Source of the DNA: a virus
Virus record (IMG/VR): IMGVR_UViG_3300035698_031273
Coordinates: 1 to 64,000 of that record
Direction: 5' to 3' (one strand)
DNA length: 64,000 bases
The notes under the pieces are model-generated. The model searched no databases and had not been told where the DNA came from. It saw nothing but the letters and a program-made list of their open reading frames with translations. Position numbers and translations under genes: made by a program. Position 1 is the first letter of the stretch; every line of letters starts with the position of its first letter. Positions 57,613 to 64,000 of the stretch are shown here, one piece after another.

Positions 57613-59073
57613 ATGGCAGTTCTTGATAGTCCAACTTTAATATATCCTAACGGGGGAGAAGATATATGGTTTAGGGAAATAACCATTACATGGGAAGAGC
57701 CAGATTACGATACTTCTAATTATAATTGGTATGAAATATTCTTTACGGATAATTATACTGTTAGTGGCAGTCCAGATTGGATGCAAATAGCATCTCTTCC
57801 TGTTTCTGTAACGTCTTTTCAATGGTATATGCCGGTATTTGTTAAGGGAATACAATGTAGGTTTGCAATAAGATTAAGAAATGAAAAAGGAGAAAGAAGT
57901 GAAAGAATTATTTCTGCAGGCAATATTACAATTAAAAGTAGTCCTTTAGAAAGTCCTTCTGTTTTTAGTCCTGCTCCTCAAGGCAATTATTTTGCATATG
58001 TTCCTATTATTTTTAATCAAGAAAATGTGATAGGTAAAATTTCTCAACGTGCATTTTATCGAGGATACTATAGTTCAGAAACCCACGATATTGATTGGAC
58101 AGTTATTCCAAAAATATTTTATGTTGGTTCTCCCACATATTATTGGAGTGTAGAAAATCTTTCGTCTTCTAATGATTATTCTTTTAAGTTTGAGTTGGTT
58201 GAAGGAGATAGTATTTCCAAACCTGTTTTTATAAACAATGTAAATATAAATGTTTTGAATTATTTTACAATAGATACCATTCCTCCAAAAGGAACAGTTA
58301 CAATAACAAATAATCAACAATATACCAATAATAGAGATGTTATACTTGATGTTAAATCTTTCGACGAAACCACTTCTGTGAAAAGTGTAACTATACAGCA
58401 GGCGGTAATATCTTCTGATGGATTTCAAATTGAATCTGTCGGTATAGCACAGAATTTAGGTAATGTAATTACTTGGCAAATTTCAGGAGAAGAAGATGGG
58501 GTCAAATATTTACAGGCTAAATTGAAGGACTATGGAGATAATGTGGAAATCAATTCCTATAGTGATGAAAAGAAATATTTTCGAGTATATAATAGTATTG
58601 CTGATAGTACAGTATCTTCAATAATGGTAAATGGAAGTGATATTTGGTCAGCTTTTGCAGGTGATGGTTATCAAGTTTATAAGAACAGGGAGTTTGTTGT
58701 TGCTCCGTCGTATGAAGTAACATCTATGCATTTTTATAGTAATGTTCCTTATTTTTGTTTGAAAACATCTTCAAATACTGGTATTTTTCAGCGTTATATA
58801 AACGAGACATTATATACTTTGATGACATTTACAGATATAGATAGTATTATAAATTCTTCAACTGTGTTTAATAGTCTTCTTATTTTAGGAATGGAAAATG
58901 GAAATCTTTATTCTTTCAACGGAACGACGTTAAGTTTGCTTACATCCTACAACAATAGTATTACTGGTGTTTTTACAGATAATAACCTTTTATATATTAC
59001 TCTTGATAAAAGTTCTATTATGGGAGTTTATGATGGTTACAGTTTTTCAACCGTTTCTTCTCTTTGGAGCTGA
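57613..59073 (+). CDS. Fn3/Ig-like domain virion protein
   Basis: LIYPNGGE...ITW; IDTIPPKGTVTI; C-terminal propeller-like region. Confidence 0.55.
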   Translation: MAVLDSPTLIYPNGGEDIWFREITITWEEPDYDTSNYNWYEIFFTDNYTVSGSPDWMQIASLPVSVTSFQWYMPVFVKGIQCRFAIRLRNEKGERSERIISAGNITIKSSPLESPSVFSPAPQGNYFAYVPIIFNQENVIGKISQRAFYRGYYSSETHDIDWTVIPKIFYVGSPTYYWSVENLSSSNDYSFKFELVEGDSISKPVFINNVNINVLNYFTIDTIPPKGTVTITNNQQYTNNRDVILDVKSFDETTSVKSVTIQQAVISSDGFQIESVGIAQNLGNVITWQISGEEDGVKYLQAKLKDYGDNVEINSYSDEKKYFRVYNSIADSTVSSIMVNGSDIWSAFAGDGYQVYKNREFVVAPSYEVTSMHFYSNVPYFCLKTSSNTGIFQRYINETLYTLMTFTDIDSIINSSTVFNSLLILGMENGNLYSFNGTTLSLLTSYNNSITGVFTDNNLLYITLDKSSIMGVYDGYSFSTVSSLWS

Positions 59074-59075
59074 TC

Positions 59076-60053
59076 ATGGGGAATAATGCGGAAATTAAAT
59101 ATTATCTAACTAGCTTGCAAAATAGCATTGCTCAGAATAATTTATCGCAATCTATTGGAGGGTATATAAGTACATCTCTTTTATACCCAGAAACAACAAT
59201 AACTTCTACTGTTAGTTTTTTTGATACAACATTGGAGATATCTGATTTTACTCAGGTTCCGAATCAGGTATATTTATTTTCAGGATATGAGCTTATTGAG
59301 GTAGATGCAATTACTTCAAATACTGTTGTAATTCAAGAAAGAAGTGTAAATGGTATTAGAGATACACATATTTCTGGAGATATAGTAAAAGGAGTTTCAT
59401 CAAGACTGTTGTTTGATAATTTTTTTAATGAAGAAAATAAGCAATATCGTTGTTTTGCCATAAAAAACGATAGTGCAACAGTTACTTTTTTTGATGTTTC
59501 AGTTAAGTTGTCTTTAAATAGTCAGAATAATTATAGTTCATATAATGTAGCTGTTGAAATTCCTAGCAATGATTATGTAAGTTCTGCATCTACGTCCGAG
59601 GGGACAGACTCTACATTAATTGACAACACTCTTATTTCTTATAGCTTAAATCAATTTAATGATGCTGTTATCAATATCCTTTCAGGTAGTAATCTAGGTC
59701 AAACAAGAATTATTTCTTCTTTTGATAATATTACGGGAACGATTACTGTAAGTAGTTCTTTTCCTCATGATAATGTAACGGGAATAAATTATGAAATTGA
59801 ACCTGGTCCGGCTCAAAGAACTAAATCAGGTGAGATATCTCCAGATATCTCTTTGTCTACATTTTCTGGCTTTAAGAGTGTTAATGTAGGAATTCCAATT
59901 GATGTAAATGGTTTGAGAGACAATGGTAGTAATCTAGAACCTAATGATGTAATTTATGTTTGGGTAGAACGTAGTATGTTGATTAATGGTTTGGCTTATG
60001 ATAATAATACTTTTGTTCTGGATGTTGATTATTCAGATATTGGAGGGTCATAA
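59076..60053 (+). CDS. Hypothetical virion protein
   Basis: SIGGYIS, YRCFAIKN, IYVWVER; GSNLGQTRII. Confidence 0.5.
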   Translation: MGNNAEIKYYLTSLQNSIAQNNLSQSIGGYISTSLLYPETTITSTVSFFDTTLEISDFTQVPNQVYLFSGYELIEVDAITSNTVVIQERSVNGIRDTHISGDIVKGVSSRLLFDNFFNEENKQYRCFAIKNDSATVTFFDVSVKLSLNSQNNYSSYNVAVEIPSNDYVSSASTSEGTDSTLIDNTLISYSLNQFNDAVINILSGSNLGQTRIISSFDNITGTITVSSSFPHDNVTGINYEIEPGPAQRTKSGEISPDISLSTFSGFKSVNVGIPIDVNGLRDNGSNLEPNDVIYVWVERSMLINGLAYDNNTFVLDVDYSDIGGS

Positions 60054-60055
60054 TT

Positions 60056-61063
60056 TTGGATTTAAGATCTTCTGTTAAAATGTTCTTACAATTTGAAACT
60101 TCAGATGTTTTAATAGATTCGGTATCTAGTAATCATTTAGATGTGGTTGGGACTTCAGGTGTGAGTACGATTTCTGGTGATCTTGGTTATGTCATGCAAC
60201 AAGATCAGTATCTTTTTATGAATAATTCTAGATTTTCGGTTGACCAAGAAATGATGATAGGGTTTTGGCTTTATCCTGTTAATCCTGGGATGGTAGTTGA
60301 AACCCCACCTACCATTGAACCCTTAAGAATTTCTCTTATGGATTACGGGAATGATAATCCTTCTTTAAATCCTACTATTCTTGGGGATAAGTTATTTGTA
60401 CTTTATGAAGAGACTAATACTAACGGTACGAATGTTTTGAATTTACATATGAACAATAGCGGATATACCGCAAAAACAGAATCATATACAGCAGGAGTTT
60501 GGCATCATTTTCTTATTGCTTATGATGGCAAAGAATCATCAATAAGAATAATTGTAGATGGCAGAAACAGTAATATAACTGATGGAGGCAATGTTCCTAT
60601 TCACTTATATTCTACTGTTGCTGATTTTTATCTTAATAGAAAAATAATTGAAGGAAGTTATGATGTTGCTAATAATCAGGGGTATATAGGTGATATTTTT
60701 GTTATGAACGAAGTATTATCATCTACTAATGATTTGGAAATATTTGTTAGAAAAATAGTAAACAAATCAACCGAATGGACTTTAGATGAGGAAAATTGGT
60801 TTACAGAATATTTTAATCAGGGGTTTTATATCCCTCAGGACCCAACTACAATAAGTGCCACATCATTTATTAATGATATGAAAGATTTGTACATTTCTAA
60901 TACTAAGGGGCAGATTAATAGAGGGTCTCCTTTGTTTTGGGAAGTAAGAAGATCTTTTTCTCAATCTTCTGAAATAAATTTGCTTAATAAAAATGTTCGG
61001 GGTAGTCAGGTGAGTTCTAGTAACGGGTATCTAGAAATAGGTGGGTCAGTTGTTCGTTTTTAG
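60056..61063 (+). CDS. LamG/concanavalin A-like domain protein
   Basis: IGFWLYP, GVWHHFLIAYDG, IIVDG, GYIGDIFV. Confidence 0.7.
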   Translation: MDLRSSVKMFLQFETSDVLIDSVSSNHLDVVGTSGVSTISGDLGYVMQQDQYLFMNNSRFSVDQEMMIGFWLYPVNPGMVVETPPTIEPLRISLMDYGNDNPSLNPTILGDKLFVLYEETNTNGTNVLNLHMNNSGYTAKTESYTAGVWHHFLIAYDGKESSIRIIVDGRNSNITDGGNVPIHLYSTVADFYLNRKIIEGSYDVANNQGYIGDIFVMNEVLSSTNDLEIFVRKIVNKSTEWTLDEENWFTEYFNQGFYIPQDPTTISATSFINDMKDLYISNTKGQINRGSPLFWEVRRSFSQSSEINLLNKNVRGSQVSSSNGYLEIGGSVVRF

Positions 61064-61072
61064 GAAATACAA

Positions 61073-63163
61073 ATGGACTTAACAGTAAAAATAAATAATA
61101 TAAGTACTTCTAATCAAGTTGTTATTACTGATGATAAACCTACAATTACTTGGGATTTTGAAGAACTAATAGATGTCAATATAAGTGGAGATGCTGGAAT
61201 AATATCTTCAACAGAACCAATAGAACAATTAGATTTTACAATTTTGATTGCTGATAATAATGTTGGCTGGGGAGAAAGTTTTTTTGTAGGGAATATTACT
61301 CAATCTGATATTATTACTACTAAAAGAAAATCTTGGAAATATCTTGGACCATTGCTTGAAAGAGGACTAACTTATTATGGTCAAATTAGAGTTCGTGATG
61401 AACTTAATCAAAGTAGTGGCTGGGTAGAGTTTTCTTTTCGTTATAATTCTTTACCTTATATTCAGACTGCTAGTTTATCTCCTTCTTCTCCAACTATAGA
61501 TGATGACATAATCTTATCTTATACTTATTATGATGCTGATGGAGACATAGAATCAGGCACTTTTATTCGTTGGTATCAGAACGGAGAGTATCGTTCTCAA
61601 TTTGATGACAATTTAATAATTCGTTCAGATTTCACCAAAGATGGAGATATATGGTCTGTTAACATTATTCCTAGTGACGGATATGAATATGGTCAAAAAT
61701 ATGTTCCATCTTCAGTTGTGGTTAATTATAATTATCCAGAGATTTCTTCGGCTACAATATCTCCTTCCACTCCTAATGAAAATGACATTTTAAAAGCAGA
61801 ATTTGTAACAGATTTTAAGGATTTTACTGGTTCTGAACAAATTAGATGGTTTGTAAACAATGTCTTACAATCAACACTAGAAAATAATATTTATGCCAGA
61901 CCAGATGTTGGTCCGGGAGATATTGTTTTTTATCAAATAAAATATCCGGAGGATACATCATATTCTACCTCTCAGAGTGTTACGATTGTAGACTCAAATT
62001 TTGTTGTAAGAGATATAAAGGTAGATGGATCAGTGGAGCCTCTTTCTGTTATTACTACTAGACCAATTGTGACATGGGCTGTGCATAGTCCATCTAACAG
62101 AAAAAACACTTATCTTTCTATTAGGGTAGGAACATACTATGGTGCTGCCAATATTTATAGTTCTGTTATAAATACGGATGATACGGCTTGGCGTTTGCCA
62201 GATAATATAATAGAAAAAGGAAATGATTATTTTATAGGTATATCTGTTAGTGACTCAACAACATTTCCAGAACATATATATACAAAGTTTCGTGTTACTG
62301 GATCTAGATGGACAGAAAGTGTGAGCAATACAACAGGATGGACGGTTGAAACAAGTTTTCTACTTAGTTCAGAAGATGATTTTAGTGAACAAATTTATCA
62401 GTTTGTTAGGATACAAGATGGTAGTTATTTTGCGGAAATAAGAATACATAATGAAAAATTAGCGTTTGTATCAAGTGATACCACTTATTCTGCAGCAATA
62501 ACTACTCAGGGAGCACATGTATTAACCATTGTAGGACAAAATAATAATATAAGAGTATATTTAGATCGTATTTTATTGATAAATGCTGATGGATTGTTTA
62601 CTCAGCCTACATCTGCTAAACTTCTAGAAATCGGGAATAATAAGGATTCTAATTTTGTTATCTTTTATAAATATGTATACTATACTACATTAAGTGATTA
62701 TTATCCTGAAAGTTCTTCTCAATATTATAATATTAGTTTTGGAGAGTATTTAAACTTTCCGAATAATTCAATAGTATCTTTAAGAGAGTATATAGAGAAC
62801 CTAACAGAATATAAAATATTTTCTACTAATCCTCATAATGAAGAAGAGGGGGCAACTATTTATAAACTAATTCCAGGCGAGCCGATTAGTTTACATACAG
62901 TGAATAGAACATTTTCACCTATAAATAAAATAAGAGTTTCTCCAAATAGGAATTATACTGTTTTTTGTCATTCTAAAGGAGCTTCTATATTTCGAGGATA
63001 TCATATAGAAGATTATACTTCTTCTTATATATGGGATATTAGTTCAGCGGTTTTACCAGATAATGATGGATGGGAATTATATCAAAGTTTGGGTAGGAAT
63101 TCAGTTCAATTAGTAAGTGAAGGTTTGGTTATAAATACTTTGTATCAAGGACAAGAAAATTGA
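61073..63163 (+). CDS. Ig-like repeat virion protein
   Basis: YTYYDADGDIESGTFIRWYQNG Ig-like repeat; PTITW/PIVTW Fn3-like starts. Confidence 0.55.
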   Translation: MDLTVKINNISTSNQVVITDDKPTITWDFEELIDVNISGDAGIISSTEPIEQLDFTILIADNNVGWGESFFVGNITQSDIITTKRKSWKYLGPLLERGLTYYGQIRVRDELNQSSGWVEFSFRYNSLPYIQTASLSPSSPTIDDDIILSYTYYDADGDIESGTFIRWYQNGEYRSQFDDNLIIRSDFTKDGDIWSVNIIPSDGYEYGQKYVPSSVVVNYNYPEISSATISPSTPNENDILKAEFVTDFKDFTGSEQIRWFVNNVLQSTLENNIYARPDVGPGDIVFYQIKYPEDTSYSTSQSVTIVDSNFVVRDIKVDGSVEPLSVITTRPIVTWAVHSPSNRKNTYLSIRVGTYYGAANIYSSVINTDDTAWRLPDNIIEKGNDYFIGISVSDSTTFPEHIYTKFRVTGSRWTESVSNTTGWTVETSFLLSSEDDFSEQIYQFVRIQDGSYFAEIRIHNEKLAFVSSDTTYSAAITTQGAHVLTIVGQNNNIRVYLDRILLINADGLFTQPTSAKLLEIGNNKDSNFVIFYKYVYYTTLSDYYPESSSQYYNISFGEYLNFPNNSIVSLREYIENLTEYKIFSTNPHNEEEGATIYKLIPGEPISLHTVNRTFSPINKIRVSPNRNYTVFCHSKGASIFRGYHIEDYTSSYIWDISSAVLPDNDGWELYQSLGRNSVQLVSEGLVINTLYQGQEN

Positions 63164-64000
63164 GTACATACAAAAATCTTATTTTATCTAATAATCCAAT
63201 TATGTATTGGAAACTAGATACTTCTGGACTCAGTAGTAGACCCCCTTATACGGAATTTTATGATGAAATGTCGTATAGAAATGGGGCTTCCGTAAGTCTT
63301 TATGGTTATGATTTTAGTTTGTATTCAGATGACAGTCTTGTTCTTAGTGATAGCTCTGGCAAATCAATATATCAACCATTTGATGTAGCGGGAACACCTC
63401 ATTATATTACTGATATTAGTACTGAGTTTACTAATGTAGGAGGCACATCTGTATTGCAAGTTGGTGGGAGTATATTATATCCATTTACACTTGAAGCTTG
63501 GATTAAACCAATATCTCTTCCAACTGATGCTTCACAAGCATTAATAATGGGACACTATGATAGAACAGGTGTATCTTATACGGGATGTTCAGTGACTATT
63601 GATAGATGGGGAGTAATCCGGGCTGGGGCTTGTCTTCCTTGTGGAGCAGCAGGAACAATTGCTTCCTATGCTATTGCGGTAATAAATCATGTATATCATA
63701 TAGTTTTTGTTAAGAAATCTAATCTTACAACTGAACTTTGGATAAATGGGGTGTTAGAAGGTACAGGTTCTCATCTTTCTCCCTCGGGAACAATTAATTC
63801 AGGTTTTCGTATTTTTTATGGTCCCTGGTATTCTACTTTTAGTGGTTATATAGATGAGGTTGTTGCTTATAATCATGTTTTAGATGAAACTGATATTCAA
63901 GAACATTATGAATTGGGAACTACCTCCGGGATATTGCCAGATATTATTGACACAACTGGTGAAAGTGTTTATACAGAATATGGAAGAATTACAGGAGGAA
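63160..64000 (+). CDS. LamG-domain protein, truncated by the window end (not in ORF track)
   Basis: TTG start overlapping upstream TGA; LILSNNPIMYWKLD, FTLEAWIKP, YHIVF, LWING, GYIDEVVAYNHVL. Confidence 0.75.
   Translation, partial: MSTYKNLILSNNPIMYWKLDTSGLSSRPPYTEFYDEMSYRNGASVSLYGYDFSLYSDDSLVLSDSSGKSIYQPFDVAGTPHYITDISTEFTNVGGTSVLQVGGSILYPFTLEAWIKPISLPTDASQALIMGHYDRTGVSYTGCSVTIDRWGVIRAGACLPCGAAGTIASYAIAVINHVYHIVFVKKSNLTTELWINGVLEGTGSHLSPSGTINSGFRIFYGPWYSTFSGYIDEVVAYNHVLDETDIQEHYELGTTSGILPDIIDTTGESVYTEYGRITGG

Noticed and set aside
762-58428. Numerous short ORF-track entries antisense to or nested in long genes (e.g. 762-998, 5971-6216, 10817-11173, 33518-34033, 37095-37421, 58075-58428)
   Set aside because: Overlap well-supported genes and show no recognisable motifs
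1-64000. Alternative genetic code (stop-codon reassignment)
   Set aside because: Genes are full-length in code 11, and TAA, TAG and TGA all serve as stops at tight gene junctions
1-64000. tRNA or rRNA genes
   Set aside because: No cloverleaf or rRNA-like sequence recognised in the short intergenic gaps; tRNAscan-SE/Infernal would be needed to exclude them

Overview
AT-rich, densely coded window, almost all on the + strand and in the standard genetic code, from a large tailed bacteriophage. A phage-encoded beta-barrel outer-membrane protein points to a diderm host. Right part (~28.9-64 kb): virion morphogenesis module with head-tail connector, tail completion, tail tube, tail-assembly chaperones with a -1 slippery site, tape measure, very large baseplate/tail-tip proteins, a GT4 glycosyltransferase and LamG/repeat adhesins. 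Middle: PhoH, an N4/N6 DNA methyltransferase, an actin-like ATPase and a tail-fibre-like protein. The standout is ~1.8-14.7 kb: an array of 15 mostly overlapping or abutting genes, plus 2 dispersed ones. Their bodies are unrelated (about six ADP-ribosyltransferase-like, GNAT, zincin peptidases, HicA, ParB-like, DUF5661-like, Zn-ribbon), but all begin with one short peptide, M-[NST]-W-Y-K-x-[AS]-Q. The DNA of this peptide (ATGAATTGGTATAAA) often doubles as the stop of the upstream gene. I interpret this, as inference, as a modular library of capsid-packaged, injected effectors with a shared targeting leader, analogous to the T4 internal-protein capsid-targeting sequence. The last cassette is split by a solo tnpB element. 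All family calls are from motif recognition by eye; no searches were run.
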